A stretch of 33,836 nucleotides of DNA from Octopus bimaculoides (taxonomy: Eukaryota): positions 187,428,681 to 187,462,516 of the forward strand of contig NC_068982.1 in the NCBI RefSeq assembly GCF_001194135.2, given 5' to 3'. Of this stretch, positions 10,482 to 21,471 are shown piece after piece; position 1 is the stretch's first letter, and each line of letters begins with the position of its first letter. Below the pieces are notes generated by a model, which saw nothing but the letters and a program-made list of their open reading frames with translations, made no database searches and was not told where the DNA came from. The position numbers were made by a program, and so were the translations under genes.

Positions 10482-10784
10482 GGCTCTCTGTCAGTTAAGA
10501 CGAGGGTTCCAGTTGATCTGCTCAACAGAACAGCATGTTCATGAAATTTACATGCAAGTGACTGAGTACTCCATAGACACGTGTACCCTCAGTGTAGTTC
10601 TCAGGGAATGTGACAAGGCTGGCCCTTTTGAATTACAGGTACAACTAATTCTTACCAGCTGAGTGGATTGGAACAACATGAGATAAAGTGTGTTGTTCAA
10701 GGACACAATGCGTCGCTGGGGACTGAACTCATGACCTTATGATTGTGAGTCGAATGCCCTAACCACTAAACCACGCGCCTTCAC
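10482..10784 (-). mobile_element. SINE family C (tRNA head)
   Basis: Reverse complement GTGAAGGCGCGTGGTTTAGTGGTTAGG..GAGTTCAGTCCC (A/B boxes), then GTGTCCTTGAACAACACACTTT..CCACTCAGCTG. A second copy lies at 14742. Confidence 0.8.
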
Positions 10785-10785
10785 A

Positions 10786-11168
10786 GACTAAGACTGACAG
10801 ACAGATTGAGAGACAGACAAATTGATAGACAGATAGGTAGAGAGATGGACTGCTAGATAGACCAACAGACAAATATCTGGTAGATAGATAGAGACAGACT
10901 GACAGATGGGTAGATATATTGGTAGATAGATGGACAGACAGACAGAGAGACGGACAGACAGAGGGACAGACAGACAGATAAATAGACAGACAGATAGGTA
11001 GAGAGATAGACTGCTAGACAGACTAACAGACAAATATCTGATACAGACCAACAGATGGGTGGATAACTTGGTAGTTAGTGAGGTAGATAGATGGATGGAC
11101 AGACAGATAGAGAGACAGACAGACAGACAGACAGATAGAGAGACAGACAGACAGATAGACAGACAGAC

Positions 11169-11215
<47 letters not shown>

Positions 11216-11248
11216 CAGATAGGTAGAGAGATAGACTTCTACATAGAC
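10786..11248. repeat. (GATA)/(GACA) microsatellite
   Basis: Read directly from the sequence. Confidence 0.9.
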
Positions 11249-12142
11249 NNNNNNNNNNNNNNNNNNNNNNNNNNNNNNNNNNNNNNNNNNNNNNNNNNNN
11301 NNNNNNNNNNNNNNNNNNNNNNNNNNNNNNNNNNNNNNNNNNNNNNNNNNNNNNNNNNNNNNNNNNNNNNNNNNNNNNNNNNNNNNNNNNNNNNNNNNNN
11401 NNNNNNNNNNNNNNNNNNNNNNNNNNNNNNNNNNNNNNNNNNNNNNNNNNNNNNNNNNNNNNNNNNNNNNNNNNNNNNNNNNNNNNNNNNNNNNNNNNNN
11501 NNNNNNNNNNNNNNNNNNNNNNNNNNNNNNNNNNNNNNNNNNNNNNNNNNNNNNNNNNNNNNNNNNNNNNNNNNNNNNNNNNNNNNNNNNNNNNNNNNNN
11601 NNNNNNNNNNNNNNNNNNNNNNNNNNNNNNNNNNNNNNNNNNNNNNNNNNNNNNNNNNNNNNNNNNNNNNNNNNNNNNNNNNNNNNNNNNNNNNNNNNNN
11701 NNNNNNNNNNNNNNNNNNNNNNNNNNNNNNNNNNNNNNNNNNNNNNNNNNNNNNNNNNNNNNNNNNNNNNNNNNNNNNNNNNNNNNNNNNNNNNNNNNNN
11801 NNNNNNNNNNNNNNNNNNNNNNNNNNNNNNNNNNNNNNNNNNNNNNNNNNNNNNNNNNNNNNNNNNNNNNNNNNNNNNNNNNNNNNNNNNNNNNNNNNNN
11901 NNNNNNNNNNNNNNNNNNNNNNNNNNNNNNNNNNNNNNNNNNNNNNNNNNNNNNNNNNNNNNNNNNNNNNNNNNNNNNNNNNNNNNNNNNNNNNNNNNNN
12001 NNNNNNNNNNNNNNNNNNNNNNNNNNNNNNNNNNNNNNNNNNNNNNNNNNNNNNNNNNNNNNNNNNNNNNNNNNNNNNNNNNNNNNNNNNNNNNGGAAGA
12101 GCAGTTTGTATAATTAAAAAAAAAAAATAATGCTTGAAATAA

Positions 12143-12159
12143 AAAGAAAGAAAGAAGGA

Positions 12160-12201
<42 letters not shown>
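12143..12201. repeat. (AAAG)n microsatellite
   Basis: Read directly from the sequence. Confidence 0.95.
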
Positions 12202-12202
<1 letters not shown>

Positions 12203-12227
12203 GTCTGAGTGATTTTTGCAACTTTAC

Positions 12228-12327
12228 CTTCCTTTTCTGTTAATGAAGAATGTAAATTGGCAACAAGCCAAGCAAATTCCACATTCTTTGATATAATTCT
12301 CTTGAAATGTCCAAACAGAGAGAAAAG
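12228..12327 (-). other. Possible internal exon of an unidentified minus-strand gene
   Basis: CAG| or CAAG| acceptor options and an AAG|GTAAAG donor. Open frame LFSLFGHFKRIISKNVEFAWLVANLHSSLTEKE, with no homology recognised. Confidence 0.2.
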
Positions 12328-12388
12328 CTGTCAGGTAATATCCATGGGGCAGGGACATTAATACAACATGCACACACACACACACACC

Positions 12389-12419
<31 letters not shown>

Positions 12420-12438
12420 CTTCTTCTTCTTCTTCTTC
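12389..12438. repeat. (CTT)n microsatellite
   Basis: Read directly from the sequence. Confidence 0.95.
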
Positions 12439-12528
12439 TATATATTTTATTCGTTCTAACATTTTATTTTACTTTCCCTTTGCAAAACTCTGTTGCTAAT
12501 TTCACTTAAATAAACATTTAGGCACTAA

Positions 12529-12667
12529 GCATGGCTGTGTGGTGAGAAGTTTACTTCCCAACCGCCTAGTTCCGGGTTCAGTCCCACTGTGCGGTGCCTT
12601 GGGCAAGTGTCTGCTACGATAACCTCAGAATGGCCAAAACCATGTGAGTGGATTTGGTCAGCAGAAA
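12529..12667 (+). mobile_element. SINE family B head, running into a gap
   Basis: TGGCTGTGTGG..GGGTTCAGTCCC..CCTTGGGCAAGTGTC. Confidence 0.9.
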
Positions 12668-13287
12668 NNNNNNNNNNNNNNNNNNNNNNNNNNNNNNNNN
12701 NNNNNNNNNNNNNNNNNNNNNNNNNNNNNNNNNNNNNNNNNNNNNNNNNNNNNNNNNNNNNNNNNNNNNNNNNNNNNNNNNNNNNNNNNNNNNNNNNNNN
12801 NNNNNNNNNNNNNNNNNNNNNNNNNNNNNNNNNNNNNNNNNNNNNNNNNNNNNNNNNNNNNNNNNNNNNNNNNNNNNNNNNNNNNNNNNNNNNNNNNNNN
12901 NNNNNNNNNNNNNNNNNNNNNNNNNNNNNNNNNNNNNNNNNNNNNNNNNNNNNNNNNNNNNNNNNNNNNNNNNNNNNNNNNNNNNNNNNNNNNNNNNNNN
13001 NNNNNNNNNNNNNNNNNNNNNNNNNNNNNNNNNNNNNNNNNNNNNNNNNNNNNNNNNNNNNNNNNNNNNNNNNNNNNNNNNNNNNNNNNNNNNNNNNNNN
13101 NNNNNNNNNNNNNNNNNNNNNNNNNNNNNNNNNNNNNNNNNNNNNNNNNNNNNNNNNNNNNNNNNNNNNNNNNNNNNNNNNNNNNNNNNNNNNNNNNNNN
13201 NNNNNNNNNNNNNNNNNNNNNNNNNNNNNNNNNNNNNNNNNNNNNNNNNNNNNNNNNNNNNNNNNNNNNNNNNNNNNNNNNNNNNNN

Positions 13288-14137
13288 TTATTCACTTAGT
13301 TTTACATGTTTACACTTTTATCGCCTTCAAAGTATTCTCCATTCTCCATTGGTGCAGATGCGTTTTCACTGTTGGAAGCAGTTCTGGAACTCTTGCAAAG
13401 TGATGTCTTTTAATACTGCCGTCATTTTTTTCTTCATTTCTTCCACATCTGCAAATTCCATAGCACCAGCTTTTGTCACCAATGCTGACCTTTGAAGAAA
13501 GGTCCAGTTCAACTTCCAATTGTCCTTTCAGTTCACGATACGCATTCAATCGTGATTGTGTTTGATCTTCCGTGAGCAAACAAGACACAAATTTTGTTGC
13601 AACTCTTTTCATTTGCAATTCTTTGCTCAGAATTCGTTGGCAGGAGTTCCAGGACACACCAGTCAGATCAACAAGTTCATCAGTTGTTTGGCAGCAGTCC
13701 TCCAAGATCAGTTCATGAATTTTCATGATGTTTTCATTCGGGAGGTTGATGATGGCCCTAAATAAGGTTAGTCTTCAAGCGACAAATGACCATTCCTAAA
13801 GCATGGAAACTATTTGTAAACTTGTGCTTTGCTCATGGCAGCATCCTTGTAATTTTTGAAGCATGGTAACTGTTTCAGCTGCCGTTCTTCCCAGCAGAAA
13901 ATAGAATTTCATGGACGCATACTGTTCCTTCGTTTCAGTCATCACAAAAATCGATAAACAGGCGAGAAGCACTGCAAAACAAAGACACACCATGTGGCAA
14001 TACGACTTCACTTGACTCCACCAATCAGCAGACTGATGCCTGAGGATCACATCAAGTGGCATCTAGCAGTGAAAGCCTGAACTACAATGGGTTTGTCCTA
14101 CAGAGAACATTTCTGGTTACTTTTGGGTACCTCTTCG
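13288..14137 (-). mobile_element. Mariner (Tc1/mariner) transposon, decayed, catalytic core deleted
   Basis: Minus-strand EQYASMKFYFLLGRTAAETVTML.., KIHELILED..LQMKRVATKFVSCLLTEDQ..GDKSWCYG fused to FADVEEMKKK..EFQNCFQQW..GEYFEGD. The left TIR CGAAGAGGTACCCAAAAGTAACC abuts TA at 14138-14139. The other end is lost in the gap. Confidence 0.9.
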
Positions 14138-14397
14138 TATTCTACATATTTTATGTTGAAACTGGTCAGATCCAGCCTCTCACACCTATCCCACAATGTC
14201 ATTCTAGAAATAATCATATCTTCAATATCTTGAGGCTACAAGACAATATTTGATCAAGTTCAAAAAGTGTGGATAAATAAGCATTATATTTGATGAATTA
14301 ATACGAATGCTAAAGAGTTAATATGTTGTCATGGAGATTCAGTGTAACACAGAACGTGACCAACCCTTATGCCATCTTGAAGGACACAAGTGACAGA

Positions 14398-14606
14398 GCC
14401 AGATATGTTTGGACAGCCATGGCTAGAACGTTTTATTGATCTTAGGTCAGGTGGATTACGATTGACCTGGGGCTAAGCTACAACAACATATTAATGTAGT
14501 GCCAGATTTGGTAGATGTAAGTAAAGGCTGGGATGGTCATTTCTGGAATATCTTTCATTTTAGGTTTCCTGGATCTGGACTGACCTGGGGCTAAATAACA
14601 ACAACA
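14398..14606 (+). mobile_element. Two adjacent copies of a retroposon 3' end with an (AAC)n tail
   Basis: ..TGACCTGGGGCTAA..ACAACAAC occurs at 14398-14488 and 14526-14606, with a third copy inverted at 33323-33411. Confidence 0.65.
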
Positions 14607-14741
14607 AAACTACATTGCACAGTGTCCTTTAGCACTTCTGCAGTCCAAGATATACTATGCCTGGATAGAGGTTAGTATAATGAGTAAAAGAAACAAAAAC
14701 ATTGAGTTGATCAATGGGTAGAAGCTACCCTGGGGACAGAA

Positions 14742-14905
14742 GTCACATGGTTAGGGATTCAGTTCACGATCGTAAAGTTCTGTGTTTGATTCCCAGTGGT
14801 ATGTTGTGTTCTTAAGCAAGATCCTTTATTTCCCATTGCTCCGATCCACTCAGCTGACAAAAATGAGCTGTACCCGTAATTCACACATGACCATTGTCCA
14901 TCTTT
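14742..14905 (+). mobile_element. SINE family C, degenerate head
   Basis: GGTTAGG..CACGATCGTAA..TGATTCCC..GTGTTCTTAAGCAAGA..CCACTCAGCTG matches the reverse complement of 10482-10784. Confidence 0.7.
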
Positions 14906-15029
14906 CTTTTTCCTCACGGGGAAATATAGAAGGATAATGGAATAGAAGGATAAAACCACGTTAATGATTTTTATCAGGTAGTCAGCATGAAATAAAAATT
15001 TATAGGTAATTTATATATTTACAGGTAAT

Positions 15030-15262
15030 ATCTGTGTGTGCCTTTGTGTCTGTGTTTGTCCCCCTCCCCCACCAACCATCGCTTGACAACCGATGTTGGT
15101 GTGTTTATGTCCCTGTAACTTAGCAATTCAGCAGAAGATACTAATATAATAAGTACCCGGCTCACAAAGAATAAGTCTGGGAGTTGATTTCTTTGACAAA
15201 AGAAAAGGTGGTGCTCCAGCATGACCCCAATCAAATGACTAAAACAAGTAAAAGGGTAAAAG
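15030..15262 (+). mobile_element. SINE family B 3' half
   Basis: CCATCGCTTGACAACCGATGTTGGTGTGTTTA..GGTGCTCCAGCATG..AAACAAGTAAAAG. Confidence 0.9.
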
Positions 15263-15301
15263 AATTTATTGAATAAACAGCAGTATATAACTGGTACTTA
15301 C

Positions 15302-15428
15302 CAGCCAAAGATGGAGTCTTTCTGTAGTTGCTCTACTTGCTAAACCCAGCAGCCTAATCACCCACAAAATCACAAAGGACTCTTCTCAGAAGTCTTATCA
15401 TGAAAACTATACATCATGGGACATTTTC
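15302..15428 (-). other. Candidate 127-nt exon (non-coding as read)
   Basis: Acceptor TTTCTACATTTCTTTACAG|G and donor CTG|GTAAGTA, both near-consensus. Stops occur in all three frames. Confidence 0.4.
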
Positions 15429-15612
15429 CTGTAAAGAAATGTAGAAATTTAAGATAAAGTTATTTTAGTCTCCTTTTATTTATTTTGCTAGATTATTGAT
15501 GCATAAATATACATTGAAATAGATGTTGTACCTTGGGTGGGTCATTTTGTCAATAAACAACACACTCACAGAGGTTCTATTTCACTTCTTGTTATTATTA
15601 TTTACTCAGCAT

Positions 15613-16018
15613 AAGGCAACAAGCTACCAGAATCGTTAGCATGCCGAGAGAAATGTTTAGGGGTATTTCGTCTACCGTTATGTTCAGAGTTGAAATTCTC
15701 CTGAGGTCGACTTTGCCTTTCATCCTTTCGGGATCGATAAATTAAGTACCGGTTATGCACTGGGGTCGATGTAATCGACTTAATCCCTTTGTCTGTCCTT
15801 GTTTGTCCCCTCTATGTTTAGCCCCTTGTGGGCAATAAAGAAATAAGAACCGTTAGCATGCTGAATAAACTGCTTAGTGGTTTTTCTTCCAAAATATATG
15901 TTCTGAGTTCAAATCCTTCCAGGGTCAATAAAATAAGTACCAGTTGAACACTGGGGTCAATGTGATTAACTTAGGCCCTCACCCTGAAATTGCTAGCCTT
16001 GTGCCAAAATTTGAAATC
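15613..16018 (+). mobile_element. SINE family A tandem/dimer; first unit has an alternative tail
   Basis: Unit 1 (15613-15846) ends TAGCCCCTTGTGGGCAATAAA. Unit 2 restarts at GAACCGTTAGC (15847) and ends with the standard AAATTGCTAGCCTTGTGCC tail. Confidence 0.85.
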
Positions 16019-16091
16019 ACTTTTATTATTTAGTCAGCTTGCTAATGACTCTGCTACTTTAATTTCTATTTGCAAAATACACTTAAAAAGT

Positions 16092-16208
16092 CTTGGTTGA
16101 CCCAAGGCTATAGTAGAAGACACTGACCCAAGATGCCACACAGTGAGATTGAACCAAAAACATGTGGTTGAGAAGCAAACTTCTCCATCTTACAGCTATA
16201 CCTGTGCC
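16092..16208 (-). mobile_element. SINE family B head
   Basis: CCAAGGCTATAGTAGAAGACAC..TGAACC..ACAGCTATACC. Confidence 0.8.
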
Positions 16209-16210
16209 TC

Positions 16211-17591
16211 TATGTATGCATGTCATTATTCAGTTTATTCTAAGATTTCTTGCCAATAGAGAAAGAACCGGTTTCTAACCTAGATCCAAGGCTCCTTCAT
16301 TGGAATTTCAACAGCAACAACAGGGTATTTTTGCTTGTTTGTATGTATGCATGTATGTATGTTTGTATGTATTTGTGCAGGTTTATATGTTTTGTTTTAT
16401 TTATGTATTCTCATGCGTATAGCTACATATCTAGACATGCTCATATATATTTAAATGATAAACTTCTAGAAAGTTTTACAGATTTTTACAGTTCCAGTGA
16501 TGGATTGGATCTGTAGTCTTCGTATTAGCTTTCTCCTTTCTGGTTTTGAGAAGCCTAATTTCTCAAGATTGGTATTTAGGCAGTGTATTACATATCCCAG
16601 GGCCCCAATAATTACAGGTATAAACCTGAACTTGTAATCTGGATAGAGTAACTGTAGATTTCTCAATAGTTCAGCATAGGTATTCTCTTTTTCACTGATC
16701 TTCAGTTTTATGTTAACATCGGCTGGACAGCTAATTTCCACAACTGTACACAGATTCTCTTCTCCATCCCAAATCATTATATCAGGTCTGTTGTGCTTAC
16801 ATTTTATTGAGGTCTTCACTGGTACATTCCGCCAGTATTCCTTTTTATTATGATTGGCTATGGCTTCTACCATATTGTGGGTTTTTATTTCTTTGTCCTC
16901 GCGATTATCCTTCCGACGGATTTCATTAGGGAGTTTCCTAGCTACAACATCATGTCTCATCGGTAGATAATACCATGATGACATTTTTGAACAACTGCTT
17001 ATGATGTGGGTGTTATCTTCAGTGTGAACTCCACTTTACAGCTTTTCCTGCATCTCTGCCTCTTTTGTGCATCAGGTACTTGGTTGATATTTCCTGTTCC
17101 TGGATTGCAAACGTATACCCTTCAAAGTGGGAGGTAGTAATCCGGCCTTTCGTCCATGATAAACTGCTTTGATGATCGATGTTACTATCATCACGGAGCT
17201 TTCTACAAACATATCCATGCATAGTCTTCTGCTCGTATAGGCTCATCCTTTCATCTGATAATACTTTGCGGTAGAGTCGTGTGACTTTCTTGGGCATTCA
17301 TTCAAGGTTATCAGACAAAGAGTGTTGCTCAAGGAGCCACCTTCCAAGTCTTGTGATGTTATCAGCCTCATGTATACAAACTTGGTCAAGGGATGCACTT
17401 CGACATTTGGTGGTTAAAAGATGTTGCCAAAGGGATATAATGCAACATTCAAAGACATTTTGGATTGATGTTAAGCCTCTTCTGCCTTCACTGTTTATAG
17501 GGAAATTATGTGTGCTTGTTAGTATTTTTGGGGTTTTCACATCAATGACTCGAATATCATCAAGCATCTAATCAAGCAGCCCAAATGTTGG
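16211..17591 (-). mobile_element. R4-clade non-LTR retrotransposon, 5'-truncated and decayed (post-RT region, broken CCHC knuckle, REL endonuclease, 3'UTR)
   Basis: PTFGLLD*..IDVKTPKILT..GRRGL; FAIQEQEISTKY; ..EDNTHIISSCSKMSSWYYLPMRHDVVA; NRPDIMIWD..VVEISCPAD..EKENTY..IPVIIGALG. Confidence 0.9.
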
Positions 17592-17760
17592 TATGTAGGT
17601 ATGTATGCATGTATGTTTGTATGTATGTATGTATGTATGTATGTATGTATGTATGCATGTGTGTGTGTATGTAGGTAGGTAAGTAAGTAGGTAGGTAGGT
17701 AGGCAGGTAGGTAGGCAGGTAGGTAGGCAGGTAGGTAGGTAACTGTGTATGCATGCATAG
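17592..17760. repeat. (TATG)/(TAGG) microsatellite
   Basis: Read directly from the sequence. Confidence 0.95.
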
Positions 17761-18141
17761 ATGTCATAGTCTAAATATAAACAGTTTTTTTTCTGCTGAT
17801 TAGAAACCCTAATTCCTCAGCAAAGTGCAAGAATTAACACTTCCAAATTGTATTATCATATCGCATCATTATATTCTATGAGAAAAGTGAATTAGAACCA
17901 GTTGTCCCCAGTTTGTGAATTATAATAAATATTGTAAATTAGAATAACAACTGTCATAACATTACAAATTCATTAACAACTACCATTACATTATAATTGA
18001 CATTAATAGGGGTAGACTGTAATTGGTGGGTACTCTAATGGAGGTGGGTACCATAATGTTTGTAGTAAGATTAATGAGCATCAGGTGGTAAAATGAATGC
18101 CGATGAAACAAGTATTCTGCTGACAATCTAACACAGATATA

Positions 18142-18319
18142 CAGGCACAGGTGTGGCTGTGTAGTAAGAAGATTGTTTCCCAACCACATGGTTCTGGGTT
18201 CAGTCCTGCTGTGGGCACCTTGGGTAATTACCTTCTACTATGGCCTCAGGCTGACCAAGGCCTTGTGAGTGGATTTGGGAGATGGAAACTGAAAGAAGCC
18301 TGTCATATATATATATGTG

Positions 18320-18368
<49 letters not shown>

Positions 18369-18562
18369 CTATGTTTGTGTGTCTGTGTTTGTCCCCCCGC
18401 CATTGCTTGACAATTGATTTTGGTGTATTTACATCCCTGTAATTTAGCAGTTCGGCAAAAGATACTGATAGAATAAGTCCTGGGGTTGATTTGTGCAACT
18501 AAAGGTGGTGCTCCATCATGGTCACAGTCAAATGGCTGAAACAAATAAAAGAATAAAAGAAT
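18142..18562 (+). mobile_element. SINE family B, full length (head, CORE-like motif, internal (TA)(TG)n, tail)
   Basis: A box TGGCTGTGTAG, B box GGTTCAGTCC, CACCTTGGG motif, internal microsatellite at 18305-18370, and tail ending AAAAGAATAAAAGAAT. Confidence 0.9.
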
Positions 18563-18639
18563 ATGGCTGCTTAGAAAGTTGTTAGAGTCATGAAAATATT
18601 GGTAGCTTCATGGAATTCCTGACTCCATAAATAATGGCT

Positions 18640-18810
18640 TTGGATGTTTTGAGGGGAGATTTAAGTTGATTACATCAACCCCAGTGTGGAGTTAGTTGTT
18701 TTATTAATCCTGATAGGCTGAAAGACAAAACTGACCTTGACAGAATTTGAACCCAGAATGTAAAGATCCAGAAAAAATATCTCAAAGAATTCTTCCAATG
18801 TTCTGCCAAG
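18640..18810 (-). mobile_element. SINE family A, degenerate
   Basis: GATTACATCAACCCCAG..TGAAAGACAAAACTGACC..GAATTTGAAC..TTCTGCCA. Confidence 0.7.
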
Positions 18811-18881
18811 TGGAGTTTAGTGTCCAATTTAACTCGATTTTAATTTCACTTGCCTCAACAGATCTTCGCAAGTGGAGTTAA

Positions 18882-19050
18882 TCATCATTATCATCATTTA
18901 ACGTCTGCTTTCCATGCTAGCATGGGTTGGACGATTTGACTGAGTGCTAGTGAGCCAGAAGGCTGCACCAGGCTCCAATCTGATCTGGCAGAATTTCTAA
19001 AGCTGGATGCCCTTCCTAACACCAACCACTCCGAGAGTGTAGTGGGTGCT
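18882..19050 (-). mobile_element. RTE-type 3' end
   Basis: (CAT)n-TTAACGTCTGCTTTCCATGCTAGCATGGG..GAGAGTGTAGTGGGTGCT. Confidence 0.85.
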
Positions 19051-19067
19051 ACATAATAATCCTTTTT

Positions 19068-19247
19068 ACCGGAGGCACAAGGCCTCAAATTTGTGGGGAG
19101 GGAACTATTCGACTACATTAACCCCAGTGTTTCACTTGTACTTGATTTATCAACCCCCAAAAGGATGAAAGGCAAAGTCTACCCTGGCAGAATTTGAACT
19201 AAGCATTTTTGTCCAGCGTGCTAACGATTCTACCAGGATGCTGCCAT
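19068..19247 (-). mobile_element. SINE family A (internally deleted)
   Basis: GGCACAAGGCC..AGGATGAAAGGCAAAG..GAATTTGAAC..GCTAACGATTCT. Confidence 0.8.
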
Positions 19248-19410
19248 TGTTAAACAACGTAAATAATGGCATGAAAAACATTGAAGAAACAATTTTTTTA
19301 AACCAATTCTGTGGTTCTTGAAGAAATAAATTATTTTGCATGTAAAAACTCTATGAACTCTCTATTCTCTTGATTCCTAATTAACAAACGATCTACAAAA
19401 ACGAACCAAC

Positions 19411-19822
19411 AGACACAGGTGGGGGCTGTGTGGTAAGAAACCTGCTTTACAACTACATGATTCTGGGTTCAGTTCCACTGCGTGGTGCCTTGGGCAAGTG
19501 TCACTACTATAACCTTGGGCTGACCAAAGCCTTGTGAGTGGATTTCAGAGACGGAAACTAAAAGAAGCCCATCATATATACACGTGTGTATGCATGTGTG
19601 TATGTGTCTTTGTGACTGTGATTGTCCCCCACCACTACTTGACAAACCGGTGTTGGTGTGTTTACATCCCTGTAACTTAGCAGTTTGGCAAAAAAGAGCA
19701 ATAGGATAAATATCAAGCTTAACACAAAATGTCTTGGGGTTGATTCATTAGACAAGAAATTCTGCAAGGTGGTGCCCCAGCATGGCCACAGTCTAATGAC
19801 TGAAACAAACAAAAGAATAAAA
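19411..19822 (+). mobile_element. SINE family B, full length
   Basis: Head, internal (TA/TG) tract and tail are all present. Confidence 0.9.
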
Positions 19823-19962
19823 GGTTAACTCATTTTATGAATTTCCTTTAGGCTGTAACTATTTAATGAAATGTTTCATTTCTTAAAATGTTTAATTAAT
19901 TAGCCACAGGCTGTGTATATATACATGGTTATATCTTTAATTGATTAGTCTCAGGTTGTGTC

Positions 19963-20345
19963 ATCTTTTTACCTGTTTTAGTCATTGGGCTGTGGCCATG
20001 CTGGGGCACTGACTTAAAAGGTTTAGTCAAACAAACCAACCCCAGAATGTATTTTGTTAAGTCTGGTAAGCATTGTGTTGGACTCTTTTCTGAAGTTATG
20101 TGGACATAAACAAACCAGCACTGGATGTCAAGTAGTGAGAGGAATGCACACACACATGCACGCACACACACACACACACCCAATACAATGGTCTTCCGCA
20201 CAGTTTCTATCAACTAAATTCACTCACAAGGCATTGGTTGGCTTGGAACTATGGTAGAAGACACTTACCCAAGGTGTCATGCAGTGGGACTGAACCTGAA
20301 ACCTTGTGGTTGCAAAGCGATCTTCTCTGCTACACAGCTATTCCT
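19963..20345 (-). mobile_element. SINE family B, full length
   Basis: Tail, internal (CA)n and head are present in reverse orientation. Confidence 0.85.
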
Positions 20346-20510
20346 GATGGTTTCTAAAAAGAATGAAATGGTGCTGTACATAAATACCAATGAGTAGAAA
20401 TTTCAAACACTTCATATAAACTAGGAAAAGATGGGAAAAGATGAGGAAAAGATGCATGAATTCTCTGCATCTTTTCCCTTATAAAATATCTCCTTTGCAA
20501 TAGCTGTGAC

Positions 20511-20823
20511 CAGTGGTGAACTGAGTCTAAAAATATTAGTTGCCAGGAGACTAAGGAGGCCCACCCACAACTACAAGGGGGCCCACCTGCAACTACAATG
20601 CTATCATTTAATTTTTTTATTTTTTGCTAAAAGTATTCTTTTCAACTGTCTGCAAACACAGCCAGGCTGAAATAATGCATTCTTCCAGGAGTGAATAAAA
20701 AATTCTCAAACTTGAGGTGATGGGCCCTTTAGTTATTAACATGGGCCCCTCACATATGGGTTCTAATAGTGCAGGGGTCTACTTGCAGTCGGGCAAGCTG
20801 GCAACCTGGCCAGTCTGCCACTG
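20511..20823. mobile_element. hAT-type MITE (313 bp)
   Basis: Imperfect TIRs CAGTGGTGAACTG / CAGTGGCAGACTG and 8-bp TSD GCTGTGAC / ACTGTGAC. Confidence 0.75.
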
Positions 20824-21300
20824 ACTGTGACTATTAAAAAGATCACATGTGTTTAAATTCGTTAAGTTCTTTGTTAATTGTTTAGTTTATCAGAATTATT
20901 TTATGGTGTTCCACTGTATTCCGCGAGACAACAGCAATCCAGAGATCCTTATATTTCTGTAACCCTTGTCAAATGACCCCTCCTGCCCAACCCTTCACTG
21001 ATGCAGCAAGAAATCAAATCACATTTGACACATTAATTCTTTGCCTGTTGAACCAATTTGTACCAAAATTCATTTCCAGTTCTTAATAGGATTTTTATAA
21101 AAATAAAGTATGTTGGAATCAGCTGAATGGATCACTTTTTATTTTTCAGTTGCAGAAAACCTATATTTTCTCAAACAACAAATATTGATCAGTTGTAACT
21201 GATGGGATTGATTTGCAGCCTCTTATCGATCAGTGTTGCTAAGACGCTTAAAAGCAGAACAAACTATTTCAACAACTATATAGATTATCATGAATATATA

Positions 21301-21471
21301 TAGGCATAGGAGTGGCTGTGTAGTAAGAAGCTTGCTTCCCAAACACATGGTTCTGGGTTCAATCCCACTGCGTGGCACCTTGGACAAGTGTCTTCTGCTA
21401 TAGCCCCAAGCTGAGCAAAGCCTTATTAAGGAATTTGATGGACAGAAACTGAAAGAAGCCCATCATATATA
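21301..21471 (+). mobile_element. SINE family B head
   Basis: GGAGTGGCTGTGTAG..GGGTTCAATCCC..CACCTTGGACAAGTG..GAAAGAAGCCCATC. Confidence 0.9.

Noticed and set aside
17794-17822. Minus-strand CTGAGGA..GAAA
   Set aside because: The core is paired within a simple TGCTG/CAGCA hairpin and the spacing is incompatible with a hammerhead.
21137-21210. Plus-strand acceptor TTTTATTTTTCAG
   Set aside because: All frames close within about 17 codons and there is no partner donor.
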